This document shows, in pieces, positions 1 through 9,546 of a stretch of 64,000 bases of DNA (position 1 is the stretch's first letter; every line of letters starts with the position of its first letter). The stretch spans positions 912,463-976,462 of the forward strand of contig CAWFPL010000008.1 of NCBI GenBank assembly GCA_963817785.1. Direction: 5' to 3'. The notes under the pieces are model-generated. The model saw only the letters and a program-made list of their open reading frames with translations, searched no databases and was not told the origin of the DNA. The DNA comes from an uncultured Pseudomonadota bacterium (lineage in GTDB: Bacteria; Pseudomonadota; Gammaproteobacteria; Burkholderiales; SG8-39). The position numbers and the translations under genes are program-made.

Positions 1-238
1 GGACCGGACCGCCCTCGAGTATTCTCTCCAGCACGCTCGTCGCCGGACCCGACTGGGAAACGTCGAAGGTGACGCTCTCGGCGCTGCCGCCTTCCGCGCG
101 GATCGCGTCAACCAGCTGTGCCGCACGCGCGGGGTTGCCGTGGCCGTGCACGATGACGTGCATCCCGCGTCGTGCCAGGGCCGTGCAGATCGCGCCGCCG
201 ATGGCTCCACTGCCGCCGGTCACCAGAGCTCGCTTCAC
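1..238 (-). CDS. 3-oxoacyl-ACP reductase (SDR, FabG-like), N-terminal part; the gene runs off the left edge
   Basis: Reverse translation from GTG at 238 gives VKRALVTGGSGAIGGAICTALARRGMHVIVHGHG..., the TGxxxGIG Rossmann motif of SDR ketoreductases. The start overlaps the upstream dehydratase stop (GTGA). It is absent from the ORF track because no stop lies in the window. Confidence 0.8.
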   Translation of the reverse strand, partial: MKRALVTGGSGAIGGAICTALARRGMHVIVHGHGNPARAAQLVDAIRAEGGSAESVTFDVSQSGPATSVLERILEGGPV

Positions 239-669
239 TTCCCTGTCCGCTCCCCAAGCACTACTGCCGCGCGCCCGCGAATGAGCTCCCTTTCCGCGGC
301 ATGCACCGCGAACTCGTAGAGCAGGTGCTGCGCACCGCCGATGAGTCTGCGTGCCTTCAGCACCAGATCGCATGCAATGTCGTCCAGGCGCTCGACCGTC
401 AGCGCGACGTCGCGTACGCCGGCCAGCATCCCCGGCCGCGAGCCACGCTGCTCGCTGAGGGCCCCGTGAACCGCCATCGCCTGCGCGGCGTATTCGATGC
501 CGCAGACGGCCGGGAGGATTCCGTGCTCGCGCAACGGGTTGGCCGGGTCGCGATGGCTGACCGCCCGGCAGGTAATGCTGTCGTCGTCGAAGTGGAGGAC
601 TTCGCTCAACAGGCTCATCGAGCCGCGATGAGGGATGAGCTGGCGAAAATCGCTTGCGCTCACCGGCAC
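235..669 (-). CDS. hotdog-fold 3-hydroxyacyl-ACP dehydratase (APE-cluster type)
   Basis: This is the C-terminal part of ORF 235..1047. It reads ...FRQLIPHRGSMSLLSEVLHFDDDSITCRAVSH...GILPAVCGIEYAAQAMAVHG, a FabA/FabZ-like hotdog signature. I moved the start to GTG 669, which overlaps the stop of the upstream KS-like gene. Confidence 0.7.
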   Translation of the reverse strand: MPVSASDFRQLIPHRGSMSLLSEVLHFDDDSITCRAVSHRDPANPLREHGILPAVCGIEYAAQAMAVHGALSEQRGSRPGMLAGVRDVALTVERLDDIACDLVLKARRLIGGAQHLLYEFAVHAAERELIRGRAAVVLGERTGK

Positions 670-1454
670 GGCTGCACCTCGACCGCGACGTGCCGCCCGC
701 CCACGTAGGTGAGCGGGATCGTTGCCGCGGCATCGCAGGCCGCCGCGGCGAGCAAGGGCAAGGCGTGCGCCGCCGGATTGGTCGCCAGCGTCCGCGGCAG
801 CGTCCGGGGAAACCGCGTGGTTTCGGCACCGCCCTCGATCGAGACTTTCCAGCGCCCGAGCGCTCTCGGCCCCGGCGCGGGCGTCAGCAAAACCGCCACC
901 CCGAACGAAGTCTCGATATTGCGAACCGCGCCCAGCGGGTCGGGATACGGCAGGTCGCAGGCCACGAGCAGCACGCACGCCTGCTCGGCGAGAACCAGCG
1001 ATACCGCTTCGACCAGGCCGACGGCGAACGACGCATCGCGGCCGCAAAGCGCCACCGAGCCCTGCCGCGAGCCCGCGCCGATGCTCCAGTAGCCGGGCGC
1101 CGCGTTATGCACCGAGTTGTGGAACAGAGTCGGCGATACCTCGCGCGGCGGCGCAGCGACCGCCTCGCAGAGCTTGTGCACGATCTCGCCGTCACCCGAA
1201 CTGGAGGTGAAGACCATGGTGACGCCGGCGGCCTCGCGCCCGGCGCCGCTCACGGCTTCCTGCGCCGCCGCGATGGCCCAGCGCACCAGTTTCGGGACCC
1301 GCCGCCGCTCGTTCTGCGGCAACAGCAGGGGATTCGGTTGCGCCGCGATGTCCGCATCGAACGGCGATGCGCCGCTCAGAACCCGACGCGCCGTCGGCCA
1401 ATCGGGCAGCCCCGGGGCGAGCACCCCCACGGACTCCAGATACGCCGCGCTCAC
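660..1454 (-). CDS. beta-ketoacyl synthase-like partner subunit (chain-length-factor-like)
   Basis: This is the C-terminal 264 aa of ORF 660..1697. I set the start at GTG 1454, which forms a GTGA overlap with the KS stop. The fold looks thiolase/KS-like and there is no clear TACSS active-site motif. It sits directly after the KS, as in APE clusters. Confidence 0.6.
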   Translation of the reverse strand: MSAAYLESVGVLAPGLPDWPTARRVLSGASPFDADIAAQPNPLLLPQNERRRVPKLVRWAIAAAQEAVSGAGREAAGVTMVFTSSSGDGEIVHKLCEAVAAPPREVSPTLFHNSVHNAAPGYWSIGAGSRQGSVALCGRDASFAVGLVEAVSLVLAEQACVLLVACDLPYPDPLGAVRNIETSFGVAVLLTPAPGPRALGRWKVSIEGGAETTRFPRTLPRTLATNPAAHALPLLAAAACDAAATIPLTYVGGRHVAVEVQPCR

Positions 1455-2638
1455 GCCAGCCTCTCGAACAGCAGGCTGCAGTTGCTGCCGCCGAAGCCGA
1501 TCGAATTGCTCATCACGTAGCGCAGCTCCCGCGACTCGGGCTCCACCACGACACGCGCGCTGAACGCCGGGTCGATCCGGCGCACGTTCAGGCAGCCGGG
1601 AACCAGATCGGCCTCCAGGCACAGGGCACAGATGACCGCCTCGGTGATGCCGGCAGCGCCGAGCGTATGGCCGGTCCAGCCCTTGGTCGAACTGCATGGG
1701 ACCGCGTCGCCGAACAAGCGGAATATGGCGCGGTCCTCGCTGCGGTCGTTCGCAGGGGTTCCGGTGCCGTGCATGTTGACGTAGTCGACGTCCGCCGGCT
1801 CGATGCCTGCCCGCCTGAGCGCGTCACCCATCGCCAGGAAGGCCCCCTCGCCTTCGGGCTCCGGGGACGACAGGTGATGGCCGTCCGAGCTCTCCCCGTA
1901 GCCGACCAGCGCCACACGCCCCTCGCCTGCCGGGAGCCGCTCGAGCAGCGCGAACCCCGCCGCCTCCCCGATCGAAATGCCGTCGCGCGCCACGTCGCAT
2001 GGGCGGCACGGTTCGCGTGACAGCAGCTCGAGGGAGCCGAATCCGTACAGCGTGGTGAGGCACAGGCTATCGACGCCGCCGACGACCGCCGCGTCGGCGT
2101 ATCCCGCCTGCATCATGCGGGCGGCGCTGGCGAACGCCTTCGCGCTGGACGAACACGCGGTCGAGATCGTCGCTGCCGGCCCCTCCAGGCCCAGAGATCG
2201 CTGCACGAAATCCGCGACCGAAAACAGGTTGAGAGAGTGACGCTCTCGAAACCATGACGGAAGCCTGCCTGTGTGCGCATCCCGCTCCCGGAAAGCGCGC
2301 TCACAATGCTCGATTCCGGAGGTGCTCGTGCCGATGATGACCGCCACGCGGTCCGCCCCGTAGCGCGCCCGCGCCTGCGCGACGGCCTCCTCGAAGCCAT
2401 CCTGCCGCAGTCCCATTTGCGCCAGACGATTGTTGCGGCAATCGAACTCCGACAGCCTCGCCGCGACCGGCTGCTCCTCCAATCCCGCGACCCGGCCGAT
2501 CCACGTATCCGCCGGCGCCCCCTCGAAATCCATGGGACGCAAGGCGCCGCGTCGCTCGACGAGCGCCTCGAGCGTCGCGGCGCGTCCCAGCCCCAGGGGA
2601 TTCGCCGTGGCGCAGTGCGAGATGACCAGCGGGCTCAC
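1451..2638 (-). CDS. beta-ketoacyl-ACP synthase (KS I/II type)
   Basis: ORF 1451..2860. It carries the active-site motif ATISTACSSSAKAF, then NMHGTGTPANDRSE and SSTKGWTGHTLGAAG. I set the start at GTG 2638 (VSPLVISHCATANPLG), giving about 395 aa. Confidence 0.85.
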   Translation of the reverse strand: MSPLVISHCATANPLGLGRAATLEALVERRGALRPMDFEGAPADTWIGRVAGLEEQPVAARLSEFDCRNNRLAQMGLRQDGFEEAVAQARARYGADRVAVIIGTSTSGIEHCERAFRERDAHTGRLPSWFRERHSLNLFSVADFVQRSLGLEGPAATISTACSSSAKAFASAARMMQAGYADAAVVGGVDSLCLTTLYGFGSLELLSREPCRPCDVARDGISIGEAAGFALLERLPAGEGRVALVGYGESSDGHHLSSPEPEGEGAFLAMGDALRRAGIEPADVDYVNMHGTGTPANDRSEDRAIFRLFGDAVPCSSTKGWTGHTLGAAGITEAVICALCLEADLVPGCLNVRRIDPAFSARVVVEPESRELRYVMSNSIGFGGSNCSLLFERLA

Positions 2639-2666
2639 GCGCAACTCTGAAAAGACATCGGGAAAA

Positions 2667-4988
2667 CTATACCGGAGACCCGCCCGCTTCGGGCCGGTGC
2701 GCGAAAACGGCAGCCAGAAACAGCGAGAACGCCGCGCCCATCCCGACCGTGACGCCGATTTCATGCAGCACCGGGATGCGCGAAACGGCGAGACAGCCGA
2801 ATGCCGAAAGCGTCGTCGCCGCGCACACCAGCAGCGAGCGCTGCGTGCGCGCACGCTCATCCTCGTCGGCGTGGCGTCGATCGAAGAACAGGGCGTAATT
2901 GAGCCCGACGCCGACCACCAGGAGCAGCGCGACCAGGTTGAACAGCGACAGCGCCTGCCCGAGCAGCAGCAGAAACGCGACGTCGAGCACGACGGCCGCC
3001 AGAATCGGGGCGATCACCCTTGCGGCCCGCCTCACGCTCCGAATGGTCAGGCACAGGAGCGCGAAGATCGCCAGCAGCCCCAGCGCCACGCGCCACAGGG
3101 CGCGATCCCGGTAAGTGCTGACCAGCTTGTTCGATTCGGCTTTCAGGTCGACGAATTCCTGCCCGTGGCGCGACGCCTCGCGGGCCAGTTCGGCGGGCGC
3201 CTTGACGCCGCGCAGCGTGGCCAACGCGTTCCAGCCGTCCTCGTTGTGAAACAGCAGCGAATCGATCTTCACCGCCAGGGCGGTGCCGGCGAAGCTGCGG
3301 ATGTCGAGCAGCGGCGCGGAGCGGGCGCGGGCCACGGCGTCGAGAAAGGGAGCGAAACCGCCCGGGCGGAACGGTGAATCGGCCAGCGCGGCATCGAGCC
3401 GGCTCGCCAGCACCTCTCTCGGTGGCAACGCGGCCTGGCGGTGCTCCTGGGTCTGCCTGCTCGGCAGATAGGTCGAGGGAACGTCAAAGCCCGCCAGCCA
3501 GCCCTTGCGCACCGCATCGCGCAGCCAGCCGGCGGCGGTTTCGCTCGCCTGCAGGGCGCCTTCGCGCGATTTTCCTCTGGCGAGGACCAGGTAGCGCAGG
3601 CTGGGCGCCCCGATCCCGTGACGCAGGCTCCGGTCGAGCTGCTTCGCCGATTCGGAGACCGGCGTCAGGCTCGAGATGTCGTCGTTCCACAGCCGGTCAT
3701 GCTTCCACGCCACCACGCCGAAGGCCGCGATCACCAGCAGCGTCGCAACCCATCGCAGGCGTAGGGCGAATTTCACGGCGCGGCTCAGCGCGGAGAACGG
3801 GGTGCCCGCGATCGGCGAGCCGAGGCGCACCGGGACCAGCGCCGGAAGGACCCAGCGCGTCGTCAGGCCCGCCGTGGCCACGCCTGCGACCGTCAGCACG
3901 CCGAGCTGGGCCAGGCCCGTGAAGCTGGAAAACACCATCGCGAGCGCACCGAACACCGTGGTGAGCACCGCAAGAGTCAGCGTCGGGCCGATGCGGGCCA
4001 GGGCGTCGGCCAGCGGCTCGCCCGCGCGAGCCTGCATGAACAGATAGGTCGGATAATCGATCGCCTCTCCGATCAGCGTGACGCCGAAGCCGAGCGTGAT
4101 GCCGTGCACTTTGCCGAATCCCAGTGCCACGGCCGTGACGCCGACCACGATGCCACTCACCACCGGCAGGAAGCTGGCGGCCAGCATCGCCGAGGAACGG
4201 TAGACCGCGTAAAGAATCCCGAGCACCAACGCGGCGCCGAGCGCCGACAGGCGCCAGATCTCCGATTCGACGGTATCGTGTATGCGGGCGGCGAAGACGC
4301 CGGGGCCGGATAGCAGCAAGCTGCCCGCACCGGATCGCGTGGCCGCGTATGCCGCGTGGATGGCGCGCACGGCCCTGCCCTGCGCAAGCGCGTCGAACGC
4401 CGGCGCGCGCGTCTGCGCAACCAGCAGCGCGCGACGACCGTCGTGCGAGAACCACACGCCGTCCCTCAGGCCCGGACCTTCGGCGGGGGTGAGCTGGGCC
4501 AGGATCTGCCGCATCTCTCCCGTCGGGTCGGAGCGCAATGTAGGGCGCACCAGGACTGCCGCCGGCGAACCGAGCAAACCGTAAGTCTCGGCCAGCGCCG
4601 CTTTGAGCCCTTCGATCGAGAAACGCTCCGCTCGCACGGCAGGACTCAGCAGATAGCGGTGCTCGAACAGGAACGCCTGCTCCTGCCGGAGTGTCCCGGA
4701 ATCGCCGTTGGCCACATAGGTAAACAGGCCGCTCGCCTTCAGCCGTTGCGCCAGCGCCATGCTGGTGCGTGCCAGAGCGGCGCTGGAGTCGCCCTGCAAG
4801 CCGATCAACACCAGGCGCGCGGCGGCACCATCGCGCAGCTGCCCCAGCAGGATGCGCTGGGTCGGCGTCGCCGACGGCGGCAGGAATGCCGACAGGTCGG
4901 TCGTCACCGACAGGTCCCGGACCAGCCAGGTGCCGCAAGCCGCGAGCACCGCCAACCAGAGGGCGACAACGCTCCGCGCGCCGCGCAT
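2667..4988 (-). CDS. MMPL/RND-superfamily exporter (APE-cluster transporter)
   Basis: ORF 2667..4991, about 773 aa, with two multi-helix hydrophobic blocks separated by large soluble loops. The ATG at 4988 overlaps the LolA-like stop. Confidence 0.75.
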   Translation of the reverse strand: MRGARSVVALWLAVLAACGTWLVRDLSVTTDLSAFLPPSATPTQRILLGQLRDGAAARLVLIGLQGDSSAALARTSMALAQRLKASGLFTYVANGDSGTLRQEQAFLFEHRYLLSPAVRAERFSIEGLKAALAETYGLLGSPAAVLVRPTLRSDPTGEMRQILAQLTPAEGPGLRDGVWFSHDGRRALLVAQTRAPAFDALAQGRAVRAIHAAYAATRSGAGSLLLSGPGVFAARIHDTVESEIWRLSALGAALVLGILYAVYRSSAMLAASFLPVVSGIVVGVTAVALGFGKVHGITLGFGVTLIGEAIDYPTYLFMQARAGEPLADALARIGPTLTLAVLTTVFGALAMVFSSFTGLAQLGVLTVAGVATAGLTTRWVLPALVPVRLGSPIAGTPFSALSRAVKFALRLRWVATLLVIAAFGVVAWKHDRLWNDDISSLTPVSESAKQLDRSLRHGIGAPSLRYLVLARGKSREGALQASETAAGWLRDAVRKGWLAGFDVPSTYLPSRQTQEHRQAALPPREVLASRLDAALADSPFRPGGFAPFLDAVARARSAPLLDIRSFAGTALAVKIDSLLFHNEDGWNALATLRGVKAPAELAREASRHGQEFVDLKAESNKLVSTYRDRALWRVALGLLAIFALLCLTIRSVRRAARVIAPILAAVVLDVAFLLLLGQALSLFNLVALLLVVGVGLNYALFFDRRHADEDERARTQRSLLVCAATTLSAFGCLAVSRIPVLHEIGVTVGMGAAFSLFLAAVFAHRPEAGGSPV

Positions 4989-5563
4989 CAATGCAACGTC
5001 TCCTGGACCTCCATCACCGTGCGGTCACCGCTTGCCTCCAGCACCTCGATCCGCTCGATGCGCGCGCGGCTGCCCGAGATGGTGATCCCCCGGACGTACT
5101 TGGTGAGACCGGGGGTGCGGGGCAGGAGCTGGAGCTGCCAGCGCTCTCGCATTCCGCTCACCGTCACGTGGAAGTCGCGCTCCAGCGCGGCGAGGTCGCC
5201 CGAGCGCGCCGCGCGCACCCCTTCGATCAGCGCGGCGATTCCCTCCGCCCCGTCCGCCCTCACCGTCACGCTCCTGTTGCCGGAGGCGTTCTCGATGGTC
5301 AATCGCTCTCCCCGCAGCACGAAGCGCTCGTCGCGCGGGGATTCCACGTGTTCCTCGAGCCGGTCGGGACGCCGGTAGGAAAGCGTGCCGCGCGACACCA
5401 GGGGAGCCTTGAGCAGCGGGCTGTAGCGGGTCTCGACGTAACTGGCGGTCGCGGATTCGACGCTCGCCAGCATTTTCATCAGCCCTTGCGCGTCGATCGG
5501 TTCGGCAGACGCCGTGGCCCCCAGCGCGAGCGCGGCGACGAGCGCCACGGCGGTATTAGCCAT
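4988..5563 (-). CDS. LolA-like outer-membrane lipoprotein carrier protein
   Basis: 191 aa with a signal peptide (MANTAVALVAALALGATASA). The size and position between the acyltransferase and the MMPL exporter are typical of APE clusters. Confidence 0.6.
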   Translation of the reverse strand: MANTAVALVAALALGATASAEPIDAQGLMKMLASVESATASYVETRYSPLLKAPLVSRGTLSYRRPDRLEEHVESPRDERFVLRGERLTIENASGNRSVTVRADGAEGIAALIEGVRAARSGDLAALERDFHVTVSGMRERWQLQLLPRTPGLTKYVRGITISGSRARIERIEVLEASGDRTVMEVQETLH

Positions 5564-6326
5564 GTCTTTCGTTCCAGAAGTCGTAGAAATTGAACCAGTT
5601 GTACGGGGCGCGACGCGCGTAGAGCGCCAGTCGCTCGACGTAGCGCTCGAGCTGCGCGACCGCCCAGTCGTTGCGCCCGGCTCTCGGCACCGGCTCTCCT
5701 GCGGTGAGCGTCTCCAGGTAGACCCGATAGCGCGAGCCGCCCTCGTACAAGCCGAAGAAGGTCACCACCGGAGCGGCAAGGGTGCCCGCGACGAGCAGCG
5801 GCCCGAGCGGAAACGGCGCCTGCGAGCCGAGGAAACTGCAGGCGTGCGTCTTGCCGCCGCCAAACGGCCGATCGCCGAGAATGCCGACGATCTCGCCCCT
5901 GTCCAGGCATTCCTTGACCTTGAGCACCGTCTCCGGACGGCCGGGGGCAATGACCCGATGCTTGAGCTCGGGAGCGATGCGCGACCACAGACGCGCGGTA
6001 TGCGCCGCGTCCCGGGAGTGCATGACGATGTTCACCGGCCGCATGGCCGAGCTCCTTCCCAGGGCGCGCACCATCTCGAAACTTCCGAGGTGCGAGCCGA
6101 GCAGGATGCAACCCCGGCCCGGGCGAAGCGCGTTCTCGACGGCGTCGGCCCCGTGTACCTCGATCTCGAATGCAGCCTCGCCGTCGCTCAGCAGAAATAC
6201 GCGGTCGTGAAGCGTCGCCGCAAAGCTGTAGAAGTGGCGCAACACCTCGCCGAAGCGCGCCCTGCGGCCCAGTGCGCGGCGCAGGAACGCCCTCGATGCG
6301 CGCCGCGCTCGCGGGGAGAACGCCAC
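5556..6326 (-). CDS. lysophospholipid/lipid A-type acyltransferase (LPLAT family)
   Basis: ORF 5556..6326 (GCILLGSHLGSFEM..., ILGDR...). The frame stays open and homologous-looking up to 6506, but contains no ATG/GTG/TTG there. The true N-terminus is probably near 6470 (CTG). See findings. Confidence 0.65.
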   Translation of the reverse strand: MAFSPRARRASRAFLRRALGRRARFGEVLRHFYSFAATLHDRVFLLSDGEAAFEIEVHGADAVENALRPGRGCILLGSHLGSFEMVRALGRSSAMRPVNIVMHSRDAAHTARLWSRIAPELKHRVIAPGRPETVLKVKECLDRGEIVGILGDRPFGGGKTHACSFLGSQAPFPLGPLLVAGTLAAPVVTFFGLYEGGSRYRVYLETLTAGEPVPRAGRNDWAVAQLERYVERLALYARRAPYNWFNFYDFWNERHG

Positions 6327-6462
6327 GAAATACCAGCAAACCGGATGCAGCAGCCAGCGCGTGGCCCGCCTGCCGAGCGCGAGCGTCAGCCGCCCGTACA
6401 GCGCGACCGCTAGCGCGCTGCCGCGCTCCTCCTGCGCCGCCCAGGCCGACGGATGGTCGAGC

Positions 6463-6765
6463 TCAGGCAGCGTCCCGCCCTCTGCAGCGAAGCTTGCCCG
6501 AGGCGATCAAGGTGTCGCCGCGCGACACGCGAAAAGCGATCGTCGCGTCGGCGTTGCGTTCCAGCTCGATCTCGAAGCGCTCGCCGGGATAGAGCGGCGC
6601 GTGGAACTTGGCTGCAGGTATCGCCTCGAGCGGGGTGCCGGCCATTTCTGCCGCCGCGCGGACGACGCGCGCCACCAGCAACACCCCCGGCACGACGGGA
6701 TCGCCGGGGAAGTGGCCCGCCAGCGCGGGGTGCGACGGCGCGACGACGTCGCTCACGCGCGTCAC
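6463..6765 (-). CDS. small hotdog-fold dehydratase/thioesterase (APE-cluster type)
   Basis: This is the C-terminal 100 aa of ORF 6463..7959: VTRVSDVVAPSHPALAGHFPGDPVVPGVLLVARV... (the HFPG.PVVPG motif). GTG 6765 overlaps the ligase stop (GTGA). Confidence 0.7.
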   Translation of the reverse strand: MTRVSDVVAPSHPALAGHFPGDPVVPGVLLVARVVRAAAEMAGTPLEAIPAAKFHAPLYPGERFEIELERNADATIAFRVSRGDTLIASGKLRCRGRDAA

Positions 6766-8108
6766 GCCGTATCCCGGTTGCGCGCCTGGGCGGCTTCGAG
6801 CAACGCGAGCAGCTGCGCCCGCGAGACCTTGCCGGTCTCCGTTCTCGGCAGCTCCGGCACCACGATCAGGGGCCGCGGCAGGAACGCCGGATCGATTCGA
6901 TCGCGCAGCACGCGAAGGATCGCCCCCTGCTCGAGCTGCGGGGCCACCACCACTGCCGCGAGCCTCGCCGTGCCCGCCGACGCGGCCCCGGGATCGAAGA
7001 ACATGCCGTCCTCGACGCCGGGAATGCTCAACAATTCCCGGGTGAGCGCCTCGAGCGACGCTCGCTTGCCGGCGATCTTGGCCATGTCCTCGGGGCGGCC
7101 CAGAAGCCTGAACTGCGTGTCGCTCAGCAGCTCGACGCGGTCGGGTATCCTGAGCGGGCGGGCCAGATGCCCGCCCTCCACCCAGGTTGCGCTCCCGGCC
7201 CGTCGCAACCCCATCCCGTCGCGCACGCGCCAGATCTCGCTGCGGGCGGGGCGTCGCAAGGCGAGCGCCCCGCCTTCCGTGCAACCATAGATTTCGTGCA
7301 ACGGCGCCGACCACCTCTGCTCCGCCTCGCGCGCCAGCTCCGGCGGCAGCGGCATCGTCGCGCTGAGTATTCCGGCCAGCGGCGGCATGGATGCGCCGTC
7401 GGCAACGCAGGCACGCAGATGAGTGGGCGTGGCGACCAGCCAGCGCTCGCCGGGCACGCTCCGCAGCGCGCTCGCCACGTCGCCCGGCAGCAGCGGTCGC
7501 CCGGAATGCACCGCCATCCCGTTTTGCAACGGCAGCATCACGGTCGTTTCCATGCCGTAAATGTGCTGCGGCGGGACCGTGCCCACGATGGAGCGCAGAC
7601 CGCCCTGCGCAAAGCCGAGCTCCCTGCCGAGCGAGCGCGCGTCCGCGACCAGCGATCCCCAGGATTGCGCGTGCGGCTGCGGCTCGCCCGTGCTGCCCGA
7701 CGTATAGGCGATGAGTGCAACTTGATCGCCAGGGACGCGCGGCACTTCCAGCGCCTCCCTCGAATGCGCGAACCGCGGCACCATGATGGCGTGCAGGCCC
7801 GGCGGAATCCCGCTGCCGTCGGCCAGGCAGTAAATGTCCGAATGAGCGCGATACAGGTCCATCAGGGCGCCCGGCGCCCTCGAGAAAGGCAGCAGGCTCA
7901 CCTGGCGCGCGATCAGCGCGGCCGCGAATCCCAGCATGAAGCTCAGCCGGTCTTCGCACAGGTTGAGCACGTGGCGCTTGCGCGGCAGCGCTGCGGCGAA
8001 AGCTGCCGCCGCGCCGCAGAAGTGCGCCGCGTCGACCGGCCTGCCGGCGTGCCAGCCGACCGCGTCGCCGCCGCGAAAGCCCTCCAGAAGCGGGAGCTCA
8101 GCGACCAT
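6762..8108 (-). CDS. AMP-dependent synthetase/ligase (acyl/aryl-ACP or -CoA ligase)
   Basis: 448 aa. The adenylation motifs are IAYTSGSTGEPQP, YGCTEGG and the C-terminal PRTETGKVSR. Confidence 0.85.
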   Translation of the reverse strand: MVAELPLLEGFRGGDAVGWHAGRPVDAAHFCGAAAAFAAALPRKRHVLNLCEDRLSFMLGFAAALIARQVSLLPFSRAPGALMDLYRAHSDIYCLADGSGIPPGLHAIMVPRFAHSREALEVPRVPGDQVALIAYTSGSTGEPQPHAQSWGSLVADARSLGRELGFAQGGLRSIVGTVPPQHIYGMETTVMLPLQNGMAVHSGRPLLPGDVASALRSVPGERWLVATPTHLRACVADGASMPPLAGILSATMPLPPELAREAEQRWSAPLHEIYGCTEGGALALRRPARSEIWRVRDGMGLRRAGSATWVEGGHLARPLRIPDRVELLSDTQFRLLGRPEDMAKIAGKRASLEALTRELLSIPGVEDGMFFDPGAASAGTARLAAVVVAPQLEQGAILRVLRDRIDPAFLPRPLIVVPELPRTETGKVSRAQLLALLEAAQARNRDTA

Positions 8109-8739
8109 CCGCGCCCCTTCCGCCCGGCTGCCGCGCGCCGATCCTGTAGCTCGGGATGCGGCGCAGAAATTCCACCAAGCCGGCGTGCTGGTGGTTCGGA
8201 TAGCGCCATCGCCGGAACAGGTATTCGGCCACGAAGAACAGCGCGAGCAGGACGTAGCTGACGAAATTGGTGAATATCGACCAGGCGTCCACCGTTCCCC
8301 ACAGCGCCAGGCCGAGCGATACCGACGCCATCGCGGCGAAAAACAGGACCCACAGGCCGGTCAGGATGCGCGTGTAGCGCACCAGCTCCGGCGGCAGCTC
8401 GCCGCCGCGCTCCAGGCGCGCGAACAGGCTGACCATCGGTTCGCGGCCGCGGCGCATGCTGGCCGCGAAGGTCGCGCACAACCCCAGATAGATCGCCAGC
8501 GGGGGTACGTAGAGCACGGCCGCGGGGAAGAGTACGGTGAGCGCAAGGCCGAGCGCGAGCACCAGCGCGCCGAGCAGCGCCGCGAGCAAAGGGCGCATGC
8601 GCGCCGCGAAGAGGCCCCATGCGACGAGCGCAAGTGCGACCGCCGCCAGGCCCGGCTCTCCGGTCACGGCGCTGAGATGCGACAAGACGGGGTACGCGCA
8701 GCAGGCAGCCACGGTGAGATATCGCCTGCGCCCGGGCAC
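8098..8739 (-). CDS. integral membrane protein of unknown function (APE-cluster associated)
   Basis: 213 aa with about 5 hydrophobic helices. It overlaps the ligase start and lies between the ACP and the ligase. Confidence 0.55.
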   Translation of the reverse strand: MPGRRRYLTVAACCAYPVLSHLSAVTGEPGLAAVALALVAWGLFAARMRPLLAALLGALVLALGLALTVLFPAAVLYVPPLAIYLGLCATFAASMRRGREPMVSLFARLERGGELPPELVRYTRILTGLWVLFFAAMASVSLGLALWGTVDAWSIFTNFVSYVLLALFFVAEYLFRRWRYPNHQHAGLVEFLRRIPSYRIGARQPGGRGADGR

Positions 8740-8748
8740 GGCTCGCGC

Positions 8749-9012
8749 TTACCGCGTCCGATGCTCTTCGACGTACGCGCTCAGCGCGCGGAGGCACGAG
8801 AAGGTCACCTTGTTGTTCTCGTCGTCCGAACGCAGCTTGAAGCCGTACTGCTGGGAAATCGCCAGCGCAACTTCCAGCAGGTCGATGGAATCCAGGCCCA
8901 GCCCTTCGCCGAAAAGCGGCGCCTCCGGATCGATTTCGCCGGGCGCGCAATCGAGATTGACCACCTCGACGATCAGCCGCGCGACCTCAGGTTCGAGATT
9001 CCTCTGTTGCAA
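8749..9012 (-). CDS. acyl carrier protein
   Basis: The motif GLGLDSIDLLEVALAI marks the phosphopantetheine-attachment Ser. I prefer TTG 9012, preceded by GGAGAG, which gives 87 aa. The track ORF extends to ATG 9141. Confidence 0.75.
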   Translation of the reverse strand: MQQRNLEPEVARLIVEVVNLDCAPGEIDPEAPLFGEGLGLDSIDLLEVALAISQQYGFKLRSDDENNKVTFSCLRALSAYVEEHRTR

Positions 9013-9213
9013 TACCTTCTCTCCCTGTACCGGACGAAACGGTCCGGGGCGAGCCCGGTCCGACCACTCGTCCGGCCAGGTCTCGCCGCAATCTTCCCCT
9101 CTCGCAATGTTACCAGCCGGCCCCTCGATCCAGCGAGCCATTTGACCCGGGATTTCGGCGCCTGGAGAAGGCTCGACCGAGTCCGAATCCGGCTTTCCAG
9201 GACGCGGCCGGGA

Positions 9214-9546
9214 TCAGTCGCCCTTCACCACGATCTCGTCGCTCACCGACGCGACGCCCTCCACCGAGCGCGCGATCTCCACGGCGCGCAACCTCTCGGC
9301 CTCGCTCTTCGCGGTGCCGCGGAGATACACGTGGCCCATGTCGGTCGTCACGTGAATGTCCAGGGCGCTGACGGTCTTGTCGGTCGCGAACTTCGCCTTG
9401 ATCTTGCTCGTGATCGCGCCGTCGTCGACGTACTCGCGGGCCTTCGTGCCGGCGCAACCGGCCAGGCCAGCGGCCAGCGTCACGCTCGCAAGCGCGATGA
9501 ACCGGCGTCTCGGAGGGCGGGGCGATGCCTTGTTGTCTGTGCGCAT
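9214..9546 (-). CDS. BON-domain lipoprotein
   Basis: 110 aa with the lipobox LAGLAGC followed by ...DIHVTTDMGHVYLRGTAKSEAERLRAVEIARSVEGVASV, a BON-domain pattern. Confidence 0.75.
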   Translation of the reverse strand: MRTDNKASPRPPRRRFIALASVTLAAGLAGCAGTKAREYVDDGAITSKIKAKFATDKTVSALDIHVTTDMGHVYLRGTAKSEAERLRAVEIARSVEGVASVSDEIVVKGD

